Assembly: GCA_031370785.1 (NCBI GenBank)
Contig: JANMQY010000016.1
Coordinates: forward strand, 69,711 to 133,710
Length of the DNA stretch: 64,000 nt
DNA from: Candidatus Eiseniibacteriota bacterium
GTDB lineage: Bacteria; Eisenbacteria; RBG-16-71-46
Reading direction: 5' to 3'
A program made the translations under genes and the position numbers. Positions 18,356 through 30,384 of the stretch are shown here, one piece after another. The stretch's first letter is position 1; each line of letters starts with the position of its first letter. The notes under the pieces are model-generated. The model saw only the letters and a list, made by a program, of their open reading frames with translations. It ran no database searches and was not told the DNA's origin.

Positions 18356-18628
18356 TCAGGCGGCGCGCGCCGGTCCCACCGAATCGGCCAGCACCGAAGC
18401 CTGATTGTTCGACACCTCGAAGAACCCGCCAGTCACCTGCCACACCTCTTCGGTCCCGCCGCGGCGACGCACGGTGAGCCGGCCTTCGGCGAGCGCGGTC
18501 ACCAGCGCGGCATGGTGCGCGAGCACGCCCAGGTAGCCTTCGCTGCCGGGCACCTGCACGTACTCGACCGGGCCTTCGAACACGGTGCGCTCGGGCGTCA
18601 GGATCGAAAGCTGGAATTCGGCGGCCAT
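18356..18628 (-). CDS. atpC: ATP synthase F1 epsilon subunit (short, beta-sandwich only)
   Basis: ILTPE, PGSEGYLGVLAHHA, VTGGFFEV; last gene of the operon. Confidence 0.93.
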   Translation of the reverse strand: MAAEFQLSILTPERTVFEGPVEYVQVPGSEGYLGVLAHHAALVTALAEGRLTVRRRGGTEEVWQVTGGFFEVSNNQASVLADSVGPARAA

Positions 18629-18629
18629 G

Positions 18630-20099
<1,470 letters not shown>

Positions 20100-20972
20100 C
20101 TACCTGAGTGCCTCGGCGCCGCCCACGATCTCGGCGATTTCCTTGGTGATGGCTGCCTGCCGCATGCGATTGCGCAACAGGGTGAGACTGTCCACCAGCT
20201 CGCCGGCGTTCTTGCGCGCCGCACCCATCGCGACCATGCGCGCGGAGTGCTCGGCGGCAAGCGCATCGGCGAGCGCGGCGAACATCTTGGCTCCGGCGTA
20301 GCGCAGGAGCAGCTGCTCGAAGATCGCTTCCGGGTTGGGCTCGAAGATGGTGCCGCGATCCTGCGGCGGCGGAGCCGCGGCATCGCCCGCCACCGCGGAG
20401 CCGCCTACCGGCAGGAACACCTCGCTCACGATCCGCCGGTTGAGCGCCGAGATGAACTGCGTGTACAGCACTTCGACGCGATCCACCGCACCGGACATGA
20501 ACAGCTCGATCAGATCGCCAGTGAGCTTCTTCGCGAAATCGAGATTGGCCTCCGCCGGCAGATCGACATGGGTGGCGAGCACCGGATAGCGACGACGCTT
20601 GAAGTACTCGCGGCCCTTGCGGCCCACCAGCACCAGCTTGAGCGTGCCCGGCGCCGCGGCGCGCAGTCGGGTCTCGGCCTCGCGCATCAGGTTCGTGTTG
20701 TATGCGCCGCACAGGCCGCGGTCGGCGGTCACCAGCACCAGCGCCGTCACCTTCGCCTCGCGCGCGCGGAACAATGGGCTCTCGAGCTCGCTCGCCGCGC
20801 CGGCCAGCTTGCCGAGCATCTCGGTGAGCTTGGCGGCGTAGGGCCGCGCGGCGACGGCGCGCGCCTGAGCGCGACGCAGCTTGGAGGCAGCCACCATCTC
20901 CATGGCCTTGGTGATCTGCTGCGTGCTCTTGGTCGAGCGGATGCGCCGCCTGAGGTCCTTCAGGGATGCCAT
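20100..20972 (-). CDS. atpG: ATP synthase F1 gamma subunit
   Basis: ITKAMEMVAASK, DRGLCGAYN, RQAAITKEIAEIVGGA. Confidence 0.98.
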   Translation of the reverse strand: MASLKDLRRRIRSTKSTQQITKAMEMVAASKLRRAQARAVAARPYAAKLTEMLGKLAGAASELESPLFRAREAKVTALVLVTADRGLCGAYNTNLMREAETRLRAAAPGTLKLVLVGRKGREYFKRRRYPVLATHVDLPAEANLDFAKKLTGDLIELFMSGAVDRVEVLYTQFISALNRRIVSEVFLPVGGSAVAGDAAAPPPQDRGTIFEPNPEAIFEQLLLRYAGAKMFAALADALAAEHSARMVAMGAARKNAGELVDSLTLLRNRMRQAAITKEIAEIVGGAEALR

Positions 20973-20975
20973 GGC

Positions 20976-22484
<1,509 letters not shown>

Positions 22485-22529
22485 GCTGTCAGCCCCGAAT
22501 TCTATGAGAGGTGATGGAAGGCAGCGCCA

Positions 22530-23075
22530 TCAGACGCTGACCTCGTGTAGACGCCTTGAAATCGTGTCGAGCAGGGTGCGCACCGAGCGGTCGATCACGC
22601 GATCGCCGATACGCACCAGCGCCCCGCCGATCAAGGCGGGATCGGTCTCGCTGGTGAGCCGGATCGTGGTGCCGGTGCGGCGCTCCAGTCCGGCCTGAAG
22701 CTTCTCGGTCTCGGCCGCGGTCAGCGGCACCGCGCTGACCAGGTGGGCGCGACGCACGCCCTGCGCCTTCTCGACGATCGCTTCGAACTCATCCACGATG
22801 GTCGGGAACTCGCCCAGACGCTTCTTGCGCAGCAGCAGGTCGACAAACACGATCGCGGTACGCAGCACATGCTTCTCGAGCCCGGTCCGCAGCGCCTTGC
22901 GCTTGTCCTCGAGGCGCGTCTCGGGCGAAGCAAGGAAGCGCCCGACCCTGCCATCGTGACGGAGCACCTCGCGCAGACCCTGCAGATCCTCGAGGGCGCG
23001 CACCGTCTCGCCGCGCTTCTCGGTGATCATGAACAGCGCCCGGGCGTAACGCGCCGCGACAGTGGTGTCCTTCAT
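22530..23075 (-). CDS. atpH: ATP synthase F1 delta subunit
   Basis: ARYARALF...DPALIGG...VIDRSV. Confidence 0.95.
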   Translation of the reverse strand: MKDTTVAARYARALFMITEKRGETVRALEDLQGLREVLRHDGRVGRFLASPETRLEDKRKALRTGLEKHVLRTAIVFVDLLLRKKRLGEFPTIVDEFEAIVEKAQGVRRAHLVSAVPLTAAETEKLQAGLERRTGTTIRLTSETDPALIGGALVRIGDRVIDRSVRTLLDTISRRLHEVSV

Positions 23076-23560
23076 TTCTTCGCTCCGACTTCGTCCACGA
23101 ACTCGCCGACCAGCTTGCGCTGGGTCGGGTCGTCGATCTTCTGCCGCAGGATCTTCTCGGCGGTCAGGATCGAAAGCGTCACCACCTGATCCTTGAACTG
23201 CTCCTTGGCCTTCTCTCGCTCGCGCAGGATCTCGTCCTCGGCGCGCTGCACCCGCTGCGCGGCCTCGGCCTGCGCCTGTGCCTTGATCTCGGCCGCCGCC
23301 TTCTGCCCGTCTTCGACCGCGGCCAGGATGCGCTGGCGGGCTTCGGCGTCTGCGCCGCGCAGCTTCTGCTCGTAAGCAACCTTCAGGTCGTTGGCCTCTG
23401 CCTTCGCGCGGTCCGCCGCCTTGAAGTCACCGGCAATCTTCTCGCGCCGCGCCTCGAGCATGCCGCTGAGCGGGCCCCACGCGTACTTGCGCAGGATCCA
23501 CAGCATCAGCAGGAAGCCGATGATCTGGGTGAGAACTTGCCGGATGTCGATCAGGTTCAT
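23072..23560 (-). CDS. atpF: ATP synthase Fo b subunit
   Basis: N-terminal TM, KYAWGPL, long charged helix. Confidence 0.95.
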   Translation of the reverse strand: MNLIDIRQVLTQIIGFLLMLWILRKYAWGPLSGMLEARREKIAGDFKAADRAKAEANDLKVAYEQKLRGADAEARQRILAAVEDGQKAAAEIKAQAQAEAAQRVQRAEDEILREREKAKEQFKDQVVTLSILTAEKILRQKIDDPTQRKLVGEFVDEVGAKK

Positions 23561-23621
23561 GCACGCTCCTTGACGGCGCCCCGTCCGAACCGGCCAGGGG
23601 ACCGCGCGTCGAGCAAGGTCT

Positions 23622-23852
23622 CTAGATCTTGCTCGACAGCAGGAACATGGTCACGAACGCGTAGATCGTGAGTGCTTCGGCCAGCGCCGCGATGATGATC
23701 ATCGCGAGCTGAATCTTCGCGGTCGCTTCCGGCTGACGGCCGATCGCCTGCATGGCGCCCTGACCGATCAGACCCAGACCGATGCCCGAGCCGACGGCCG
23801 CGATGCCGATGCCGATGGGAAGGCCGAGTGATAATGCCGCGTGGAAATCCAT
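23622..23852 (-). CDS. atpE: ATP synthase Fo c subunit (H+-type signature)
   Basis: GxGxGxG, RQPE loop, AEALTIY. Confidence 0.96.
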   Translation of the reverse strand: MDFHAALSLGLPIGIGIAAVGSGIGLGLIGQGAMQAIGRQPEATAKIQLAMIIIAALAEALTIYAFVTMFLLSSKI

Positions 23853-23856
23853 TGAG

Positions 23857-25260
23857 TCATCCCTCCTGTACTTGTGGCGAGTGGGCGTGGTGCGCTTCCT
23901 CTTCGTGCTCGTGATCGTCGTGCGGCAGCATGAGAAGGAAGTAGATGGTGCTGAGAACGGTGAACACCAGGGCCTGCAGGGTGCTGGAGAGCAGCGCGAG
24001 GAACAGGAACGGCAGGTGCAGCGGCAGACCGAACGGCAGGTGCGTGAACGACAGCATGGTCACGCCAAGGGTCGCAAAGGCGACCAGCAGCATGTCCTCG
24101 CCGAAGATGTTGCCGAAGAGTCGGCACGAGAGCGAGATCGGCTTGGCGAGCTCGCCGAGCAGGTGGATCGGAAAGATCAGCGGCGCCACGATCCACGAGG
24201 TCACATCGCGCGGGTTGCCGAGCATGTGGTCGAAGTATCCGACCAGGCCCAGCTCCCTGAACCCGGTAAACTGCACGTAGACGAACACCGTCAGCGCGAG
24301 CGCGACGGTGACGTTCAGGTTCGAGGTCGGCGAGTGCATGAACGGGATCAGCCCGAACAGGTTCATCGCCAGGATGTAGATGAACAGTGTGCCGAGGAAT
24401 GGCACGTAGCGCGGGCCGAATTTCGGGCCGAGGATCCCGACGATGAAGTCGTGGAGCGCCTCGACCAGAGCCTCGACCGCGTTCTGCAGCCGACCTGGAT
24501 ACATCTTCGCGTTGCGACTGGCGAGGAAGGCGAGGAAGCACAGCAGCAGCGCGATGAACAGCGAGTAGACCAGCACTTCGTAGTGCTCGAGGAAATGCGC
24601 CCAGGTCGCGTGCGGAAACGCTCCGGCCAGGATTCCGATCACGTTCGGGAACTCTTGCGGACCTTCGCTCTTCGCCTCGCCGTGCTCGGCGCCTTCGGCC
24701 GCGTGGCTCTCGGCCGCGGTGGTCTCGGCAGCGTGGCCTTCGGCCGCGCCGGTCTCGCTCGCGGCCAGCGCCGCGCTCCCGGCGTCGCGCGCGACACCGC
24801 TGCGTGGCAGCGCACCGAGCGCGCCCCATGCGAGTGCCACGGTCGCCACCACTACCAGCGCCGCGCGCCACGGGCGGCGCGTGATCGCGGCCCACGCGCG
24901 CGATTCGAGCAGCAGCCGCGCGGCGGCCTTGAGCACGATCACGGTGAATGGAAGGAAGAAGCCGGCCATCAGCCAGTGCGGCGCGAGCCGGGTCAGCAGC
25001 AGCGGCCCCGCGGCGAAGAGCGCGAGCATGCCGAGCAGCGCGAGCCCGATGCGGCGCAGCGAGGCGGGCCGGGTGCGCTTAAGACCGGTGAGCGTGACGA
25101 TCAGACGCTCGATCAGCGCGAGGTTCACGAGCGACCACAGCGCGCCGGCCCCGAACGCCAGGCCGGTAAGCGGCGAGGCGTAGGTCGCAATCATCAGCGA
25201 TGCGACCGCGCCCACCCAGAGCGTGGTCGTGCGGACGCGTGCGAGAAACTCGAGGCCCAT
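23857..25260 (-). CDS. atpB: ATP synthase Fo a subunit with a fused N-terminal AtpI-like membrane domain
   Basis: C-terminal part has SPTSNLN, SLSCRLFGNI, LQALVF; the first ~120 aa form a multi-TM AtpI-like domain in the same uninterrupted frame. Confidence 0.9.
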   Translation of the reverse strand: MGLEFLARVRTTTLWVGAVASLMIATYASPLTGLAFGAGALWSLVNLALIERLIVTLTGLKRTRPASLRRIGLALLGMLALFAAGPLLLTRLAPHWLMAGFFLPFTVIVLKAAARLLLESRAWAAITRRPWRAALVVVATVALAWGALGALPRSGVARDAGSAALAASETGAAEGHAAETTAAESHAAEGAEHGEAKSEGPQEFPNVIGILAGAFPHATWAHFLEHYEVLVYSLFIALLLCFLAFLASRNAKMYPGRLQNAVEALVEALHDFIVGILGPKFGPRYVPFLGTLFIYILAMNLFGLIPFMHSPTSNLNVTVALALTVFVYVQFTGFRELGLVGYFDHMLGNPRDVTSWIVAPLIFPIHLLGELAKPISLSCRLFGNIFGEDMLLVAFATLGVTMLSFTHLPFGLPLHLPFLFLALLSSTLQALVFTVLSTIYFLLMLPHDDHEHEEEAHHAHSPQVQEG

Positions 25261-25286
25261 ATCCGCGTGCGGCGCCCGACGTGAGG

Positions 25287-25541
25287 TCAGCGGCGCTTTC
25301 CGCGCTCCTCTTCTGCCATGTAGCGGCGGTAGATCAGGAAGGTTTCACGTCCCGCGGCGAAGAAGCCCAGGATCAGCCCGAGGATGAGGAACCATGGGGA
25401 GGACTTCAGTCGTCGATCCAGCAGCCAGCCCAATCCGCCGCCGAGCAGGGGCGCCACGATCAGCAGAGTAGGAATGGCGAGCAGCATACCGGCTGACCTG
25501 AGCCCGGAGAACTTCGACTCGTTCCGCGGTGGTTCCGGCAT
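25287..25541 (-). CDS. AtpZ/AtpI-family (ATP synthase gene 1) small membrane protein
   Basis: GGGLGWLLDRRLKSSPWFLILGLILG; first gene of the atp operon. Confidence 0.85.
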   Translation of the reverse strand: MPEPPRNESKFSGLRSAGMLLAIPTLLIVAPLLGGGLGWLLDRRLKSSPWFLILGLILGFFAAGRETFLIYRRYMAEEERGKRR

Positions 25542-25616
25542 CACGTCCGCCCCGGTGAAACTTTTCACAAACACGGGGCAACCGTCGAGATTTCAACGGC
25601 TGCCGAAGGCGGAGGC

Positions 25617-25645
25617 ACTCTAGAGAAAGGGCCCGGAACGGTCAA
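25617..25645 (-). promoter_or_regulatory. sigma70-type promoter of the atp operon
   Basis: TTGACC-17 nt-TAGAGT. Confidence 0.65.
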
Positions 25646-25872
25646 CAGGAAACTGCCCGGAAGCCGGTCATTTCTGGGCCTGGGCCCACTCCTCTACATA
25701 GGCCGGCCCTACATGGAGCCGGGGCAACTCGCTCTGGAGCGAGTTGCGCGGACATCTGGCCCCCGGAGGGTCGGCCGCCTCAACTGGCCGCGCGGCCAGT
25801 TCCGGCGCTCGCGCGAGTTCGGCGTTCCCCCCTTCTGGCGCCACTGCCGCCATGGCCTTATCTTGCCCCACC

Positions 25873-26376
25873 GTGCCCGATATCCGCCCCGCCCACGTCG
25901 AGGTCTACGTCTTTCGCCGCCGCAAGAGGCGGGTCGAGCTGCTCACGCTTCGGCGCTCCCCGAGCCGGTCGCTGGCCGGGGTCTGGCAGCCGATCACGGG
26001 CGGCGTCGAGCGCGGCGAAGGAGCTTTCGCGGCCGCGCGCCGCGAAGTAGAGGAGGAGACCGGCCTCAGGCCCAGGAAGTGGTGGGCGCTGCAGAGCGTT
26101 ACCGTGTACTTCGACCCCCGGCGCGATAGCGTGCGCATCCTGCCGCTGTTCGCGGCCGAGATTGAACCCGGGGCACGAGTCAGGCTCTCACGCGAACACG
26201 ACCGGCATGCTTTCCTCACGCCGAGTGCTGCCGGAAAGCGCTACCTGTGGGACGCGCAACGCCGCGCGCTGGCGGCGCTGCGCCACGAGGTTCTGAGCGG
26301 AGGCCGCACCGCCGCCGCAAGAGAGATTACGCATCGCACGCCGCGGCCGCGCCGCGGGCGCGCGAAACCACGTTGA
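25873..26376 (+). CDS. NUDIX hydrolase (NudB-like)
   Basis: WQPITGGVERGE...AARREVEEETG Nudix box; LSREH; start uncertain. Confidence 0.85.
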   Translation: MPDIRPAHVEVYVFRRRKRRVELLTLRRSPSRSLAGVWQPITGGVERGEGAFAAARREVEEETGLRPRKWWALQSVTVYFDPRRDSVRILPLFAAEIEPGARVRLSREHDRHAFLTPSAAGKRYLWDAQRRALAALRHEVLSGGRTAAAREITHRTPRPRRGRAKPR

Positions 26377-26391
26377 ACACCGGAGGGTATC

Positions 26392-26898
26392 GTGGCGGGA
26401 AACAGCTCGTTCGACGTGACCACGGGAGTGGACTTCATGGAAGTGCACAACGCCGTGGATCAGGCGACCAAGGAGATCACTCAGCGTTACGACTTCAAGG
26501 GGCTCAAGGTCAGCATCGAGCTCAACCAGAAGGACAAGAAGATCGTCCTGGCCGCGCCGGATGAGTACAAGGTCGGAGCGATCTGGGACGTGCTGCAGAC
26601 CAAGCTGGCGCGACGTCAGGTGCCGCTGCGCAACATGAAGCCGGGCAAGATCGATCCCGCGGCGAGCGCGACCGTGCGACAGGAGATCGAGATCCAGGAC
26701 GGGCTCACCGCCGACATGGCACGCGAGGTGGCGCGCACCATCAAGGACGCGAAGCTGAAGAAGGTGCAGGCCGCGATCCAGGGCGACACCGTCCGGGTGT
26801 CCTCGCCGATCAAGGACGAGCTGCAGGGCGTGATCGCGCTGCTCAAGCAGGCCGACTTCGGGGTCGAGCTCAAGTTCGGCAACTTCCGAAGCAATTAG
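26392..26898 (+). CDS. yajQ: YajQ family nucleotide/c-di-GMP-binding protein
   Basis: SFDV...NAVDQA.KEI.QRYDFKG...KVQAAIQGD.VRV...FGNFR. Confidence 0.95.
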   Translation: MAGNSSFDVTTGVDFMEVHNAVDQATKEITQRYDFKGLKVSIELNQKDKKIVLAAPDEYKVGAIWDVLQTKLARRQVPLRNMKPGKIDPAASATVRQEIEIQDGLTADMAREVARTIKDAKLKKVQAAIQGDTVRVSSPIKDELQGVIALLKQADFGVELKFGNFRSN

Positions 26899-26908
26899 CG
26901 CGCGGCCG

Positions 26909-29050
26909 CTACCGGTCGTAGTCGGGGACGCTCTTTCCGCGCAGATACTTGTCGAACCACTTGTGGATGTGTTCGAGGCGCTGAACGCGACGCGAGGGCG
27001 CTCCACTGCGCGAAAGCTCGTGGCCCTCGCCCGGGAAACGCACCATGACCGCGCTCTTGCGCTGACGCTTGAGGGTGCGGAACATCGCTTCGCCCTGTCC
27101 GATCGGCGTCCGCCAGTCGTCCTCGCTGTGGATCACCATCAGCGGCGTGTTGATGCGGGCGGCCAGCATCGCCGGGGATCGCTCGAGGTACTCCTGCGGA
27201 TCCTCGTACGGCGGGCGCCGGAACCAGGCCTCGTTGAACAGCGCGAAGTCGCTCGAGTACCACATCGAGATCCAGTCGGCGACGCAACGCTGGGTGACCG
27301 CGGCCTTGAAGCGGTCGGTCTGGGCGATCACCCAGTTCGTGAGCAACCCGCCACCCGACCCGCCGGTGACTCCGAGGCGCTTCTCGTCGATGAACCCGCG
27401 CGCGATCAGCGCATCCACCCCTGCCATCAGGTCGTGGTAGTCATCGCCGGGATAGCGGTACTGAATGGCGTTGCCGAACTCCTGCCCGTAAGTCGTGCTG
27501 CCGCGCGGGTTGGTGTAGAGAACGATGTATCCGGCCGCGGCCAGGGTGTGGAACTCGTGGTAGAAGCTGTGACCGTACGCGGTGTGCGGCCCGCCGTGGA
27601 TCTCGAGGATCAAGGGATATTTCCGGGTCGGATCGAACTCGGGCGGCTTCACGATCCACGCCTGGATCTTCATCCCATCGAACGACGGGTACCAGAATTC
27701 CTCGATCGATCCGAGAGCGCGCTCGGCGAGCAGGCGGCGGTTCGGATTGAACAGCGGGGTGAGCTTGCGGCTCCCGGCATCGAACGCGTAGAGCGCGAGC
27801 GGCGACGATGCATCGCCGAGGGTCAGCGCCCAGCGAAGTCCGTCCGCGGTCGAGGTTCCGTGCAGCACCTCGTGGGTGGCGTCTGTGAGGGTCTCGACCG
27901 CGCCGTCTTCCACGCTCACCCGGCACATCATCGCCGCGCCGTGGCGTCCGACCACGGTCACGATCGAGCGCCCATCGGCGCTGAATGCGAGCGGCGTGTC
28001 GCCTCCGCCGCGCGGCGGATGCTGGTCGGAGGAGACGCCTTCGCCGATGTCGGCATCGAACTCTCCGCTCAGGTTGCGCACCGTGCGAATCGGCCAGGCG
28101 CCTTCCGCGAGCAGAAGGTCGCGCCGGTCGTACGAGCGTGAAGGCTCTGGCTGCGTGAATCCAATGATTGCGAACCGCCCGCCCGGCCCCTCCGCAAAGG
28201 CGCCGACCGGACCTAAGAACGACGTGATCGGCCTGAGCGCCGCGCCTTCGGTGGGCTGTTCGAGCGCGGCCGGCACCGCGAACAGGTCGGCGTGTTCGTT
28301 GCCGAACCACGGTTCGTCGCGCCGGTCGCTCGCGAACAGCACCGAGAGTCCGTCGCGCGACCAGGTCGGCGGACCCTCTTCGAACGCGCCGCAGGTGAGT
28401 GCACGAGGCGTGCCGCCGTCCGAGTCCACCACCCATACGTGCTTCATGTGGTCGAAGTCGGTGAACGTGTCGTTGTCCCAGCGGAACACCGGGCGCGTGA
28501 CCACGCGCGCAGGCGCGTTTTTCGGCTTGGGAGCGGGTTCGGTGTCGAGCGCGGGATTGAAGCCGCTGCGGAACGCGACGCGCTTTCCGTCGGGTGACCA
28601 TGCCGGCTCGCTCGCGCCGCCCTTGAGCTCGGTCAGTCGGCGCGCCTCGCCGCCGTACATCGGGAGCACCCAGATCTGTGCGGGGTCATCGCCCTCGGCG
28701 CGGGTGAATGCCAGCTGCGTTCCGTCGGGAGACCAGCGCGGTTGCGCGTCGCGGCTCCCGGAAGTCAGGTCGCGCGCGCCCGAGCCGTCGGTCTCGGCGA
28801 TCATGATTCGCGTGCGATACGCATCGGCCTCGCGATCCACCCACACCCGGGTGAACGCCACGCGCTTTCCATCGGGCGAGATGCGTGGATCGGCCACCCA
28901 CTCCAGGAGCAGCAGGTCGTCATTCGAGATCGGACGCCGGGCGGCTTTGGCCGCGTCGTCTTCGGCATGGGTTCCGGACTCGGAGTGCGCGCCGGCTTTC
29001 GCTGCTTCGGCTTCGGCGGCGGCGGCCGACGGATGACGAATGGCAGGCAT
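26909..29050 (-). CDS. S9 family (acylaminoacyl/dipeptidyl) peptidase
   Basis: WD40-like repeats, IHGGPH, NPRGS, nucleophile GGSGGG, DWRTP, GEGHEL; RBS GGAGG. Confidence 0.92.
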   Translation of the reverse strand: MPAIRHPSAAAAEAEAAKAGAHSESGTHAEDDAAKAARRPISNDDLLLLEWVADPRISPDGKRVAFTRVWVDREADAYRTRIMIAETDGSGARDLTSGSRDAQPRWSPDGTQLAFTRAEGDDPAQIWVLPMYGGEARRLTELKGGASEPAWSPDGKRVAFRSGFNPALDTEPAPKPKNAPARVVTRPVFRWDNDTFTDFDHMKHVWVVDSDGGTPRALTCGAFEEGPPTWSRDGLSVLFASDRRDEPWFGNEHADLFAVPAALEQPTEGAALRPITSFLGPVGAFAEGPGGRFAIIGFTQPEPSRSYDRRDLLLAEGAWPIRTVRNLSGEFDADIGEGVSSDQHPPRGGGDTPLAFSADGRSIVTVVGRHGAAMMCRVSVEDGAVETLTDATHEVLHGTSTADGLRWALTLGDASSPLALYAFDAGSRKLTPLFNPNRRLLAERALGSIEEFWYPSFDGMKIQAWIVKPPEFDPTRKYPLILEIHGGPHTAYGHSFYHEFHTLAAAGYIVLYTNPRGSTTYGQEFGNAIQYRYPGDDYHDLMAGVDALIARGFIDEKRLGVTGGSGGGLLTNWVIAQTDRFKAAVTQRCVADWISMWYSSDFALFNEAWFRRPPYEDPQEYLERSPAMLAARINTPLMVIHSEDDWRTPIGQGEAMFRTLKRQRKSAVMVRFPGEGHELSRSGAPSRRVQRLEHIHKWFDKYLRGKSVPDYDR

Positions 29051-29129
29051 GACGGCCTCCGGATCGGAACGAGCAGCGTGGCGCAGGCGATGAGGCTAGG
29101 ACACGCGCGCCGGAGCGGTCAACGATGCG

Positions 29130-30347
29130 TCAGCGCGGCTCGAGCACGAGGCGGATCTGGCGCAGCTCGCCCTGGGCGCAGAAGACGGTGCGCATCGCCC
29201 TCGGTGTGACCAGCCGGAACCGAGTGGTCCCGGGAACCTGGACGTCGAGCGAATAGCGCCCGCATGGCAGATCGCGGAACGCAAACGAGCGCGGCGATCC
29301 CATGAACAGGTCGACCGTGTCCCGCAACGCCACCTCTCCGTTCAGCACGACCACGACCGGTCGGCGGCGGGCCAGCGGCTGTTCCGAGCGCAGCTCGATG
29401 CTGCCTTCGATCCGGCACGTGCAGTCCCGCGCGCTGCGCGCGAGCAGCGCGGAGTCGCTCTTGGCGAGCGAGCGGTACCGTGAGGGCGTGATCACTTCCA
29501 CGCGGCTCCATGGCACCGGATCGATCGGCGCGTCTGCCGCCGGCGCCGGGCTCGCGCCCTCGGACGAAGGCGGCTCGACCGGCGCAGGCCTCGGCGTGGA
29601 GGCCGGCTCGGAAGCGACCGCATCCGTGGAGCCGGTGGCGGAAGCGCGCGCGGGCGGAGTGATCGGCGGCGTGGTCGCGCGCGCGGTGAGCGCGATCGCG
29701 GGTGCCGACGTCAGCGAAGGCGTCGAAGAGGCCAGGGGTTCCGGGCGTGGGGTCGCGGGCGCGTGCGAGGATGAATCCCGCGCCGACCTCGCGGCGCTCA
29801 TCAGAAGCACCGGCTCGTAAGCCGGGAGCGCGGTGTCAACCGTGTCACGCGCGGTCGCGGCCCCGCGCGGGCGCCCGACGAACATCACCGGGACCACGAC
29901 GCTCGTGTCACCCTCGGCGCGCAGCGCGCCGGCAATGATCTCGGCGACGCGCGCATCGCTCGCTCGCACCGCGAGCAGTGGGCCACCGTCCGAGACGCCC
30001 TCGCTCCTCAGCTCGATGCGAAGCTCGCCGCGCCCGTTCGCGAGCGAGTAGCTGCGCCACCCATCGCGAACCTTCAGCGTCAGGGAGATCGGCGTGTGCG
30101 CAAGCTCGCTGCGGGTGGCGAGCGGCACGGTGAGGGACCAGCGCCCGTCCTGATCCGAGAGTGTCGAGGCGCCGCGCGCGCCCTCGACCACGACCAGCAC
30201 CTTCTCGATCGGCCAGCTCTCGGGGTCCGCGAGTCGTCCGCGAAAGACGATGCCCTTGCGATCGCCGGGGGCCGCAGCCGCGAGCGCGAACCACATCGCG
30301 AGCGCCGCGAGCGACACGCTGGAGAGCTTCCACACTCGAAGAGTCAT
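29130..30347 (-). CDS. Exported hypothetical protein: beta-sandwich domains separated by a Pro/Ala/Ser-rich linker
   Basis: Signal peptide; TLSDQDGRWSL is typical of carboxypeptidase-regulatory-like domains; start uncertain. Confidence 0.6.
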   Translation of the reverse strand: MTLRVWKLSSVSLAALAMWFALAAAAPGDRKGIVFRGRLADPESWPIEKVLVVVEGARGASTLSDQDGRWSLTVPLATRSELAHTPISLTLKVRDGWRSYSLANGRGELRIELRSEGVSDGGPLLAVRASDARVAEIIAGALRAEGDTSVVVPVMFVGRPRGAATARDTVDTALPAYEPVLLMSAARSARDSSSHAPATPRPEPLASSTPSLTSAPAIALTARATTPPITPPARASATGSTDAVASEPASTPRPAPVEPPSSEGASPAPAADAPIDPVPWSRVEVITPSRYRSLAKSDSALLARSARDCTCRIEGSIELRSEQPLARRRPVVVVLNGEVALRDTVDLFMGSPRSFAFRDLPCGRYSLDVQVPGTTRFRLVTPRAMRTVFCAQGELRQIRLVLEPR

Positions 30348-30384
30348 GCCTGCCCGTTTCAGCGGCCACACCGGATGCACTGCC

